A model generated the notes under the pieces. That model saw only the letters and a list, made by a program, of their open reading frames with translations. It ran no database searches and was not told where the DNA came from. Positions 48,831 through 61,300 of a stretch of DNA of 64,000 bases are shown here, piece after piece. A program made the position numbers and the translations under genes. The DNA is taken from positions 248,001-312,000 of the forward strand of contig JAWMAR010000388.1 in NCBI GenBank assembly GCA_036785375.1, read 5' to 3'. Source of the stretch: Leucoraja ocellata. Taxonomy: Eukaryota. The stretch's first letter is position 1; every line of letters starts with the position of its first letter.

Positions 48831-50449
48831 TATCGGGGAATCTACAACTAGGGGACAGAGGCGTGGGTGACAGGAGAACGATTATACGGGCAACCTGAGG
48901 GGCAACCTTTCCAACAGAGAGTGGAGGGGACATGGAACGAACTGCCAGAGGAGGTGATTTAGTGTTTAAATTATGTTTGGTGAGGGATATGGATTGGAAA
49001 GGTTTAGAGGGATATGGGCCAAACACAGGCAAATGTGAACAGACTGGGAAGGCTCCTTTGTCAGCATGGACGAGGAGTAGGGCTGAAGGGCCTGTTTCTC
49101 TATTTTATGTCACTTTCAATGGAGGGTCGGTGACCTGACACATTAATGGGGTCAGACCTACAAAGCGTCTCCCGTTTTCATTTCGGACTTCTAGCATCTG
49201 CGCGTTTTGCTTTTCAACTGGCTAGCGCCAGCCAACACCAGCTGCAGGGCCAACACTGCTTCCACTCAACATGCGAGGCTGTGCCCAAACAGCAGATAAC
49301 ATCTCAGACAACACAAGGCACAGACCACGTGACAACTGGCAAAGATTCCCACAACACTGCATCATTTACTACACCCTTCAATCATGGCTGATCTATCTTT
49401 CCCCATCATCTCCATTCTCCCGCCTTCTCCCCATAACAACCTCATTTTCACATTCACTCCCTTACACACTAGGGATAATTTACAGAGGCCAATAAACCTA
49501 CAAATCTGCATGTTTTGGGGACTAGTTATACCTTGCTGTATCAAGTGTCTAACACATGGCTGCCTACGCCCACTGCCTGAACGGAAGATAGTCACAAATG
49601 CTTGACCAATCACCAATCCCCCTGTCCCTCGCTCTTCCCCCACTGGCCAGTAAACCCATTCCATTTCCATAATTTCTCCAGTTTCTTTGAGAAATTTCAC
49701 CGGATCTGCTTCCTTCTCTGTTTTGGAACAAATGTGACCAACTCTACACTGCGCCACCGTGCCACCCTTTTAAACCTTCACCGTCAACACAATGACCTTG
49801 TCGTCCTTACTCATGACTTCTCCTCACTCACAATCCTTTGTGGTTTTACACGTCTCCCCCAACCCCTCCTACTCACCCCCACCGGCCTGTCCACATGGCT
49901 TGTGCAGGAAGGAACTGCAGATGCTGCTTTACACCAAAGATGGACACAAAATGCTGGAGAAACTCAGCAGGACAGGCATCATCACTAGAGCGAAGGAATG
50001 GGTGACGTTTCTTGTCGAGATCCTTCTTCAGACTGATGTCAGGAGAGTGGGAGATATCCTTATCTATACACTTATAGATTTCCTTGTCTATACACTTCCT
50101 TATCTATGTACCTCCCACTCCCCTGTATTTGTCTGAAGAAGCGTCTAGACCAGAAACGTCACCCATTCCTTCTCTCCAGAGATGCTGCCTGTCCTGTAGA
50201 GTTACTCCAGCATTTTGTGTCTATCTAAGACAATACAGGGACCAGACAATCCAACTGGAACCAAGTGGAGCTTTACAGCCCCCACCTGACTGTGAGCCCA
50301 TAAACAAGGCTTCCTCAACAGTCTAAAGGGCCTGTCCCACTCACGCGATTTTTTTCGGCGACTGCCGGCACCCGTCATAGTCGCATTTTCAACACGTTGA
50401 AGATCCAGCGTCGACCAGGAAAAGGTACGACTCTTTGGACGACTATTCA

Positions 50450-51560
50450 CGACCATACAGGCGTCACGTGTCGACAGGTCTGGAGCCATGGGAGGGAGAG
50501 GCAGAGGCTGCGGTCTGGGGGAGGTTCTTGCCCCAGGTCCCGCTCCTCTCCCTGCCCACGGGCTCGGAGCAACAGCCCCCGGACCCCACACCGGCTCGAA
50601 CCCCAGCCCAGGGCCCGGAGCCGCACTCAGGGCCCAGTCCGTGTCTGTGTCCGCTCCTCAGCGACCAAAGCCCGGGCCCGGCTACAGCTCCGAGGCTCGG
50701 CCCACACCAGGCATCTTCCTTCACCTTCCCTCTTCTTTCCCCTCTCCTCCTCCCTCAATCACCTCTCCCTCCCTCAGTCACTCCCTTCCTCCCTCCATAA
50801 CCCCTCTCCCTGCCTGCCTGCTTCCCCCACACCTCACCTCTACCCTATCCCACCCCACACGATGTTTAATGTCAATGAGATTCGGGATTCCATCGTGATG
50901 TCATTGACAGGCAGGGCAAGTGGAAGCGGCTTTAAAAGTCGTTTTTGTAAAGTTACAAATGGCAATAACTTGTACAATACGTCTTTAAAGTGTGCGGTTG
51001 GTTCATTCAGCGGTGCGGCGCCCCTGGGCTCTGACAGCGCTGTCGTGGGTCGGTGTTTAAGGGGAGGCAGTCAAGGGGGTGAGGCTGGGAGCCGCCCCCG
51101 TCCGCAGGGCCCCCGGCGCCGGGAGGAGCGGTCACCTGTGCGGGGCCAGGGACCGACACGACAGACAGACAGACTCACCGAGTGATGATCCCTGCGGGGT
51201 CCGAGCAGCAGAAGCTTCGCCGCGGCGCCGGGAACAAGGAGCGGGAGCGTGGCCACTTCACCCACTCCCCTTCTGGTCGCCACCCGTCCCCGCCGCACCT
51301 AGAGTATAATATAGTATAGTAGATGATGGTAGGGTAGAGTATAGCTGAGCTGAGCAGTGCAGACACCAGACACGACCTCCTCCAACGCCGTCTGTCTGTG
51401 TCTGTGTCTATGTCCCGCCCCCGGTGCCGCTGCCCATTGTCTGCATCGTTCAAAATGCTACATTCTAGAGTGTTAGTTTGTGTCGCGGCTCCACCCCACC
51501 GGGGGGGTGGGGACAGGAACCGTGACAACTGCGGCACCATCACCCCCACGTTCCAACCAG
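50450..51560. promoter_or_regulatory. CpG-island-like region; possible promoter and 5' UTR exon (51179-51298, -) of the SUN2-like locus
   Basis: High GC and CpG density; - strand ctctag| acceptor and |gtgagt donor; lies upstream of the first coding exon. Confidence 0.4.
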
Positions 51561-51599
51561 CACCACCCTCCCTGATACCCACCTCCACACAATAGCCTC

Positions 51600-54130
51600 A
51601 CTGACTATAAAAGGTGAAATAGTGACACATTTGGGTAGCAGTAGCAGGATCGGTCAGAGTTCTTTGAGGATGTAACTAGGAAAATGGACAAGGGAGAGGC
51701 AGTGGATGGAGTGTACCTGGACTTTCAGAAAGCATTTGATAAGGTCCCACATAGGAGATTAGGGGGCAAAATTAGAGCGCATGGTATTGGGGGTAGGATA
51801 CTGACATGGATAGAAAATTGGTTGGCAGACAGGAAACAAAGAGTAGGGATAACTAGTGGGATACCGCAAGGCTCGGTGCTGGGACTGCAGCTATTTACTA
51901 TATGCATTAATGATTCAGATGAAGGGATTAAAAGTAACATTAGCAAATTTACAGATGACAGAAAGCTGGGTGGCAGTGTGAACTGTGAGGAGGATGCTCT
52001 GAGAATGCAGGGTGGACTTGGACAGGTTGGGTGAGTGGGCAGATGCATGGCAGATGCAGTTTAATGTGGATAAATGAGAGGTTCGCCATTGGTAGCAAAA
52101 ACAGAAAGGAAGATTATTATCTAAATGGTGTCAAGTTGGGAAAAGGGGAAGTACGACGAGACCTGGGGGTCCTTGTTCATCAGTCACTGAAAGTAAGTAT
52201 GTAGGTAGAGCAGGAAGTGAAGAAAGTGAATTGCATGATAGCCTTCATAACAAGAGAAGTTGTGTATAGGAGCAAAGAGGTCCTTCTGCAGCTGTACTAG
52301 TGCGACCATACCTAGTAAGTAAGTAAGTTTGATTTATATAGCACGTACCTGGAGAATTGTGTGCCGTTTTGGTCTCTAAATTTGAGTAAGGACATCCTTG
52401 CTATTGAAAGAGTGCAACGTAGGGTCACCAGGTTAATTCCTGGGATAGCATATGTTGATAGAATGGAGCATCTGGGCTTGCATACTCTGGAATTTAGAAG
52501 AATGAGAGGGGGTCTTATTGAAACATATCCCTGTCCCACTTTCACAACCTAATTGGCGACCTCTGCTGAGTTTGCCCTTGACTCATACTCGCAGCATGGT
52601 CGCCACTAGGTCGTAGGAGGTCTTTGTAACTCTTCCTCATGCTCGTGAGTGGTCTCCGCGTACTCGTGGCCTCAAGTAGGTTGCGGCGTTTTTTCAGGCC
52701 AAATAAAAAATGCCCACAAGTAAAAAAAAGGTCAGCATGGAACAAATGGATAATTTTTACTCGTAGGCAGGTCCTGATGGCAGTGGTAGATAGTGATAGA
52801 TAGTGGTAGATAGTGGTAGATAGTCGTAGGTCGGTAACTGGCCCGAGAATAAAAATGCAAACATGACATAATTTTATCGTAATCAATCAATACAATACAA
52901 TCAGTTTTATTCGTCACTTGCACATAAATTGCAAGTGAAATGGATTTGCCAACAGCGGTACAATGAAAAAGAACACACAAACACACAATAAAAATTTAAC
53001 ACAAACATCCACCACAGCATTCATCATTGTGGTGGAAGGCACAAAATTTGTCCAGTCCTCCTCCATTTCCCCCCGTGGTCGGGACCTCAACCCTCCGCAG
53101 CCGTCGCTGTGGGCGTCCAGATGTGCAGGACGGAGTCGGAGCTTCTTCTTCTCCCGGGTCCCCAGCGAGGGATCCCAGGCTGCGGACGCCGTGCCAGCTG
53201 GAGCTCTGCAGTCTGCGGCTTCAGGCAGCCGCGGGCCATCGAACGGAGCGCTCCCCTCCGGCGAGCCCCAGCGAGGGCACGCCCGCTCCACGCTGAAGGT
53301 CCGCGCTGCGCCCGCAGCTGAAGCGTCTCCGAGAAAGGCCGCACCGATCCTCGATGTTAGGCCACTGGGGAGGCGACATGGAAAAAGTCGCCTCTCCGTG
53401 GAGGAAGCGACTAAAGCGGTTTCTCCCTTACCCCCCCACACAAGACACACAGAGGAACATTAAAAACCCACATTAGGACATACTAAAAAAAACAAAAAAA
53501 GTAGAAAGAACTGACACGCTGCTGGCAGGGCTGCCGGCTTGCAGCGCCCCCACCGACCGGAGATCAGTTTCCACTCGTAGCTAGTCTTAGTTGGTCTTAG
53601 GTGTGGAATACTGAGGTCGAGGGGGGTCATAAGAGGTCGTAGACATAGTCGTAGAAGGTCGTACACATAGTTGTAGGAGGTCGTAGGGTGTCTTTTACTT
53701 CAGCGCGTCAACACGACCTTGACATTTTTATCAATTCGTCTAGGGTCTTCTAAACTCGTGGATTAGGTCGTCCAAGTGGGACAGGCCCTTAAGATTATTA
53801 AGGGTTTGAACAGGCTAGAGGCAAGAAACATGTTCCCGATGTTGGGAGAGTCCAGAACCAGGGGCCACAATTTAAGAATAAGGGATAAGCCATTTGGAAA
53901 ACTGTTTCACACTTGTGAATCTGTGGAACTCTCTGCCTCAGAAGGCAGTGGAGGCCAATTCTCTGGAGGCTTTCTGGAGATAGTTAGCTAGAGGTCTTAA
54001 AGATAGCAGAGCCCAGGGATATGGGGAGAAGGCAGAAACGGGGTACTGACTGTGGATGATCAGCCATGATCACAGTGAATGGTGGTGCTGGCTCAAAGGG
54101 CCGAATGGCCTACTCCTGCACCTATTGACT
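51600..54130 (+). mobile_element. Decayed CR1 interrupted at 52528-53789
   Basis: [20 protein letters not shown]; gaaacata|taagattattaaggg is continuous across the insert. Confidence 0.88.
52528..53789. mobile_element. PIF/Harbinger-like MITE with a nested GC-rich retroelement (52881-53552)
   Basis: TIRs cctgtcccactt / aagtgggacaggccct followed by TAA; the same TIR is next to TAA at 50327 and 35669. Confidence 0.7.
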
Positions 54131-54149
54131 ATTGACCCCTCCAGATCCC

Positions 54150-54890
54150 ATCACAGCAGCACCACCCCCCTCCCACACCTTCACACTCTTACCCTTCACC
54201 TCCTACACCCCCACCAACCTGACCGTCACACCACCAATACCCTGACAACAGCAGCACCACCCTGACCCTGACCTATGCCACCCTGACCTCAACATAACAG
54301 CACCACCCCCACACTCACACACCCTCACCACCCTGACCATCGCACCAGCACCAGCCATACCACCATGCCCCCCATCCCACCCCACTCTCCCATTACCTAC
54401 CCTCCAACCCCACAAAAGCTCTTCCCACCCCTACCCCAACTTCCTGACTCCCACCTACCCCCCCATGCCCACCACCCCCCACCATATCCACCCCCGTTGC
54501 CCAACGTCCACACGCCCCAGTCTCGCCCACCCCCACCCCCACCCCCACCACTCCACACCCCCATCCCCTCCATCCTCGCGCCACACCCTGCCACTCCCCA
54601 CCCACCATCCCCCCCACACCCTCCACCATCCCCCCCGCACCCCCCACCAACCCGAACGCCCAGCAACCCCCATCAACCTCAATCTGTCCCAACACCTCCA
54701 GCGACCATTCACCACCACTCCCCTCCATCCTCAACACCCCATCCCCCGCCACCACCCCCATCCCCTGATACTACCCCCATGCACCACCACCAGCTACACC
54801 CCCCAAACCCCATTACTACCTGCCACCCTTCATTCACACCCACCACCCCTACCAACCCATCACCACTGCCACACCCACCCCACAACACCT
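54150..54890. repeat. C/A-rich low-complexity tract
   Basis: Degenerate (ccacc)n runs. Confidence 0.85.
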
Positions 54891-54904
54891 TCGCTCAGTC
54901 AGCC

Positions 54905-55405
54905 TGGACCCACCTGATCTCCCGCTTAATAAACACTTTAATTCTCTGCCCCATTCACACTCAGACCTTTCTGTCCTCGGTTTCCTCCATTGTCAGAGTG
55001 AGGCTAAATGCAAATTGGAGCAACAGCATCTCATATTTCGCTTGGGCATCTTACAGCCCAGAATATTGATTTCTCTAACTTCAAGTAAACCCGGTATTCC
55101 CTCTCTCTCCATCCCTCCCCCACCCAAGTCGCACCAGCTTCTCGTTTACACCCAGCAAACAGCTAACAATGGCCTGTTTCCTTTATCATCGTTACTTTTT
55201 TTCCATATCTTTCATCCATTGTTCTATATCTCTCTACATCATCATCTATATCTCTCCTTTCCCTTTCCCGTGACTTTCAGTCTGAAGAACTGTCTCGACC
55301 CGAAACGTCCATTCCTTCTCTACAGACATGCTGCCTGTCCCACTGAGTTACTCCAGCTTTATGTGTCTGTCTTCAGTTTAAACCAGTATCTGCAGTTCCT
55401 TGCCA
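54905..55405 (+). mobile_element. PLE 3' end with pLTR; hammerhead core at 55282-55309 with stem II mutated
   Basis: KLEQQHLIFRLGILQP followed by ctgaagaactgtctcgacccgaaacgtc. Confidence 0.85.
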
Positions 55406-56269
55406 CACATTTTGTCTGCTATTTCAAGTTCTCCTCCCTTCATGTAAAATGTGCTTCCAATGTTTGTCTTCATTTCTTCATCCAACACCTTAAATCAATA
55501 CCTTCTGGTTATCGCAATCACACCCTTCACAGCTGGGACTGCTTCCCTGATGCGGCCAAAGGGAACTCACACATTCAGAGGGAGAGCATGCAAACTCCAC
55601 ACAGGCAGCACCCGAGGTCAGGATTGAACCGGGGTCAGAGGAGCTGCAAAAAGGTGGCTCTACAAGCTGCACCACAGTGCTGTTACTGCTCCTCTTGCCC
55701 CTCAGCTCTAAGGAAACATCCTTGGCTTCCCTTTCCCACCCACATACACCCAAGAAGGGTCTCGACTCGAATCGTCATCCGTTCCTTCTCTCCTGGGATG
55801 CTGCCTGTTCCGCTGAGTTACTACAGCATTTTGTGTTTGCCACGCATAATTCCTCATCTCTCGAGAGCTCCTGTAAATCCCTCTGGGCCCTCATCAAACC
55901 TCACAATCCTTCTACAGCTAAATTTCTGGAACTGGGCACAGGACTCAAGCCAGGCTTCATATAATGCCTTATAGATGTAACTTCCCGGCTGTGTACACTG
56001 TGTGCTTCATGAAATGCTTTGTTAACCACCCAGACCAATTTGAATATTTTTCTCCCATATTGCAGCCTCTTTCATGGTTAAATGCCAAGGATGTCAATGA
56101 CTTCCACGGCCATGCATCATTTCACAGACCAGCACTGCCTAGTGGTAACAGAGGCATTGCAACAGCAGTTGGTAATTGTGAGGTGATGTTTTTGGATGGA
56201 ATAATAATGTTAGTATGTACACAGAGACGGCACCTAGACACAGAGCCAGAGCTGCTGCCAAACAACGCC

Positions 56270-57430
56270 AGAGAACCAAGTTCGTTCCTGACCTCGGATG
56301 CTGTCTGCATGGAGTTTGCGCGTTCTCCATGTGACCGTGTGGGTTTCCTCCAGGTGCTCCGGTTTCCTCCCACATCCTAAAGACATACAGGTCTGTAGGT
56401 TGATTGGCCCACTGTAAATTGCCCCTCGTGTGTAGAGATGAGAAAGTTTGATAACATAGAAATAGATTGAATGGGCAATGGGCAATCGATGGTCGGCGTG
56501 GATCGGTGGGCCGAAGTGGGACTGGATTATTTTCTCTCTCTTTGTAAAGAGTTTATTTCTATCAACATTTTGAAAGTCCAACACTTCCAGTTTACAGCTA
56601 AATGCAACCCAAACATTGTATCAAACTACAATGAATAATTGTGGATGTGTAAGCAGGAGGCTTCTCAGAGCAACTTGTAAGCTGACCACTAGCCATCCTG
56701 TTTAGTTTAGTTTAGAGATACAGCACGGAACCAGGCCCTTCGGCCTACCGAGTCAGTGCCGACCAACAATCCCCCCCCACACCAACGCTATCCTGGCTTA
56801 TATTTAGTGGAATTTAGAAGGAAGAGATGGGACATTATCGAAACATAAAATGACAGTGCTGGCTTGAAGGGCCAAATGGCCTACTCCTGCACCTATTTTC
56901 TATCTTTAGAGATACAGCGCGGAAACAGGCCCTTCGGCCCACCGAGTCAGCGCTGACCAGCGATCACCCCGCAAATTAACGATATCTTACACACACTAGG
57001 GACAATTTACACATACACCAAGCCAATTAACCTACATACTTGTACGTCTTTGGAGTGTGGGAGGAAACCGAAGATCTCAGAGAAAACCGGTTACGGGGAG
57101 AATGTACAAACTCCGTACAGATAAGCAGCTGTAGTCGGAATGAACCCAGATCTCCGGCACTGCAAGCGCTGTAAGGCAGCAACTTTGCCGTTGTGCCACA
57201 GTGCCACCATGTTTCTATGTTTCCTAAACACACTGGGGATAATTTACTTTTATACCAAGCCAATTAACCTACATACTTGTACGTCTTTGGAGTGTGGGAA
57301 ATCTCCGAGAAACCCCACGCAGGTCATGGGGAGAACGTACAACTCAGTACAGACAAGCACCTGTAGTCAGGATGGAACTCAGGTCCCTGGCTCTGTGAGG
57401 CAGCAACTACCGCTGTGCCAGTGCGCCGCT
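56270..57430. mobile_element. Cluster of HE1-type SINEs (56270-56520 +; 56700-56795, 56905-57210, 57226-57430 -)
   Basis: Recurrent V-domain and gtatctctaaa(ctaaa)n tails. Confidence 0.8.
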
Positions 57431-57534
57431 CCTATTAAAAAACAACTTTCACAAAACTTTGCTCACCTGGCCTTGTCTTTTCCCTCCATCAGCCAGATGC
57501 TGGCTCTCCTCTTCAGCTGTAAACTTGGCTTACA

Positions 57535-60500
57535 ATACCCAAATCCTAAGAGAGGTGAAAGACAACAGGGAAATGATCATCAAAGCAGCAGATAAGGGGA
57601 AGAACAGAGTTGTCATGGACAAACAACAATACTTATTCGAGGCACACAGACTATGAAGTAAAACAGAGCACTGCACTAAGTTGACAAAGCCCATCTATAA
57701 GGAAAGACTAATTGAAGACATTTTACAATGCCTCAAAAGAATCATGGCGCATTTATATGTTTAGTTTAGAAATAGACAATAGGTGCAGGAGTAGGCCATT
57801 CGGCCCTTCGAAACGATCATGGCCACCCAGCCTTGCGTCATCATATAACCATATAACAATCACAGCACGGAAACAGGCCATCTTGGCCCTACAAGTCCGT
57901 GCCGAACAACTTTTTTTCCTTAGTCCCACCTGCCTGCACTCATACCATAACCCTCCATTCCTTTCTCATCCATATGCCTATCCAATTTATTTTTAAATGA
58001 TACCAATGAACCTGCCTCCACCACCTTCACTGGAAGCTCATTCCACACCGCTACCACTCTCTGAGTAAAGAAGTTCCCCCTCATATTACCCCTAAACTTC
58101 TGTCCCTTAATTCTGAAGCCATGTCCTCTTGTTTGAATCTTCCCTATTCTCAAAGGGAAAAGCTTGTCCACATCAACTCTGTCTATCCCTCTCATCATTT
58201 TAAAGACCTCTATCAAGTCCCCCCTTAACCTTCTGCGCTCCAGAGAATAAAGACCTAACTTATTCAACGTATCTCTGTAACTTAGTTGTTGAAACCCAGG
58301 CAACATTCTAGTAAATCTCCTCTGTACTCTCTCTATTTTGTTGACATCCTTCCTATAATTGGGCGACCAAAATTGTACACCATACTCCAGATTTGGTCTC
58401 ACCAATGCCTTGTACAATTTTAACATTACATCCCAGCTTCTATACTCAATGCTCTGATTTATAAAGGCTAGCATACCAAAAGCTTTCTTTACCACCCTAT
58501 CTATATGAGATTCCACCGTCAAGGAACTATGCACGGTTATACCCAGATCCCTCTGTTCAACTGTATTCTTCAAATACAGTTGTTCCTCGTAATAAATTCA
58601 TCTGCAAATTTGCTAATGCTACTTTTAATCCGTTCATCTAAATCATTCATCTATATTGTAAATACCTGTGGTCCCAGCATCGAGCCTTCCGGTACCCCAC
58701 TAGTCACTGCCTGCCATTCTGAAAGGGAACTATTTATCCCGTCTTTGTTTCCTGTCTGCCAAACAGATTTCTATCCATGTCAGTAACCTACCATGTGCTC
58801 TAATTTTGCCCACTATTCTCTTATTTGGGACCTTATCAAATGCTTTCTGAAAGTCCAGGTACACTACAACCACTGGCTCTCCTTTGTCAATTTTCCTAGT
58901 TACATCCTCAAAAAATTCCAGAAGATTAGTTAAGCCCGATTTCCCCTTCGTAAATCCATGCTGACTTGGACCGATCCTGTTACTGCTATTCAAATGTGCC
59001 GCTATTTCATCTTTTATAATTGACTCCAGCATCTTCTCCACTACCGATGTCAGGCTAACTGGTCAATAATTCCCTATTTTCTCTCTCCCGCCTTTCTTAA
59101 AAAGTGGGATAACATTAGCTACCCTCCAATCCACAGGAACTGATCCGGATTCTATAGAATATTGGAAAATGATCAACAATGCGTCCACAATTTCTAGAGC
59201 CACTTCCTTAAATACCCTGGGAGGCAGCCCATCAGGCCCTGGAGATTTATCAGCCTTCAGTCCCATCAGTCTATTCAACACCATTTCCTGCCTGATGGGA
59301 ATTTCCTTCAGTTCCTCCGTTACCCTAGATCCTCTGGCCACTAGTACATCAGGAGATTGTTTGTGTTTTCCTTAGTGAAGACAGATCCAAAGTACCTGTT
59401 CAACTCGTCTGCCATGTCCTTGTTCCTCATAATAAATTCACCTGTTTCAGTCTTCAAGGGTCCAACTATGGTCTAACTAATGTTTTCCTCTTCACATACC
59501 TAAAGAAGCTTTTACTATTCTCCTTTATATTCTTGGCAAGCTTACCTTTGTAACTCATTTTTTCTCCCCGCATTGCCTTTTTAGTTATCTTCTGTTGCTC
59601 TATAAGAGTGTCCCAATCCTCTGGCTTCGCGCTCATCTTTCCTATGTTATATTTCTTCTCTTTTATTTTTATACTGTCCCTGACTTCCCTTGTCAGCCAA
59701 TGGTCGCCCCTTACTCCCCTTGGAATCTTTCTTCCTCTTTGGGATTAACTGATCCTGCACCTTCTGTATTATTCCCAGAAATACCTGCCATTGTTGTTCC
59801 ACTGTCATCCCTGCTGGGGTATCTTTCCAGACACCTTTGGCCAGCTCCTCCCTCTTAGCTCCATAGTCCCATTTCTTCAATTGTAATACTGACACTTCCG
59901 ATTTGTCCTTCTCCCTCTTAAATTGGAGATTAAAACATTATATTATGGCTCGAATTTCCTTATCAAATCCAGTTCATTATACAGTGCGAAACAGGCCAGC
60001 GCCGACCTGCGATCCCCGCATACTAACACAATCCTACACACACAAGGGGCAATTAACATTTATACCAAGCCAATTAGCTTCCAAACCTGTATGTCTTTAG
60101 AGTGTGGGAGGAAACCGGAATCTCCTGGAGTAAACCCACGCAGGTCACAGAGAGAATACACACATTGTCACAAACCATTAGAATACCCGAGAATAATTTA
60201 CATATCAATGTAAATGTGACAATAAAAGACCTTTGAACCACGGGTGTAAAAATTCTACATTTTCCCCAAAATACACAAACACCCGGACAGGTGGACAGAA
60301 CCTGGGGAAATACGTCCAGGAAAGCCCATTGTATGTGACTGTGGAAGTGAATCCTGTCGGGTAGCAGAATACATCGACTCCCTTCTTAATCCACTGGCAC
60401 AGCAGCACCTCTACTTCAGACCACGTCACACTCCCTGACTGTGCCACGTGATGTTGTACACTTACATGGACATCCAAGGCCCATCCACAAACAGAACAGA

Positions 60501-60760
60501 CAGGAACATACAACAGTTAAACATATCTCAGAGCAAAATGCTGACCCTGAAAAATTAGACGAGGCTTTGGTCTAGAAGTGGCCCGGGCGATCAATGTCTT
60601 TTCACAGAGAACTGGATGACATTTGGGAATGTCACATTCAGAAACAGAGTCAGAGGAATTCATTCACATCTTTCACATACACCACCAAGGTTAAAACCAC
60701 CACAAACAAAACATTGACTTTCTGGACTTTCCCTAAACTTGCCGGCCCTCTTTCCCTGAT
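57535..60760 (+). mobile_element. Second, divergent PLE family RT remnant split by nested CR1s (pieces ~57535-57745 and ~60230-60760)
   Basis: IIKAADKG..VVMDKQQYLFEAHRL ... FYIFPKIHKHPDRWTEPGEIRPGKPIVCDCGSES..VAEYIDS. Confidence 0.75.
57841..59945 (-). mobile_element. Two stacked CR1s (57841-58573 TTATATGG subfamily; 58580-59945 other subfamily)
   Basis: ORFs 57920-58573, 58730-59341 and 59647-59895. Confidence 0.92.
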
Positions 60761-60840
60761 GAAGCTGCAGACAAATCAAAACTGGAAGATTGTTGTTGCC
60801 CAGTCATGGACACCACTGGATTGAATTGGCATTAGAGAAT

Positions 60841-61150
60841 GGTGGGCACAGTGGTGTAGCTGGTTGAGCTGCTGCCCCACAGCGCCAGAGACTCGGTTTA
60901 ATCCTGACCTCCAATGCTGTGTGTGGAGTTTGCACGTTCACCCTGTGACCGCGTGTGATTTCTCCGGGTGCTCTGGTTTTCTCCCACATTCCAAACACCT
61001 GCAGGTATGCATGTTAATTGTCCTCTGTAAATTGCCCCTAGTGTGCAGGGAGTGGATGAGAAAGTGGGAACTAGTGTGAACGGGTGATAGATGGTCAACG
61101 TGGACTCGGTGGCTGAAAGGACTGTTTCTAATCTGTATCTCTGAACTAAA
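60841..61150 (+). mobile_element. Near full-length HE1-type SINE
   Basis: tRNA-like head, V-domain and ctgtatctctgaactaaa tail. Confidence 0.8.
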
Positions 61151-61300
61151 ATGGTGACCACAAACAAACAGACACCCACAACCTTTTGCGCACAACCAGC
61201 CACCGTCCAAAACATACATTCAGAGGGACAGTAAAGACACAACTGATTCACTTCCACCACGTTTACACCACAGGTCTTCAACCAGTCCACCACTGCACTT

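Noticed and set aside
50397-51588. Overlapping ORFs as a protein-coding gene
   Set aside because: Open frames are explained by high GC content; no recognisable domain.
54365-55974. 234-aa Pro/His-rich and 319-aa ORFs as genes
   Set aside because: Read-through of low-complexity DNA and PLE/SINE fragments.
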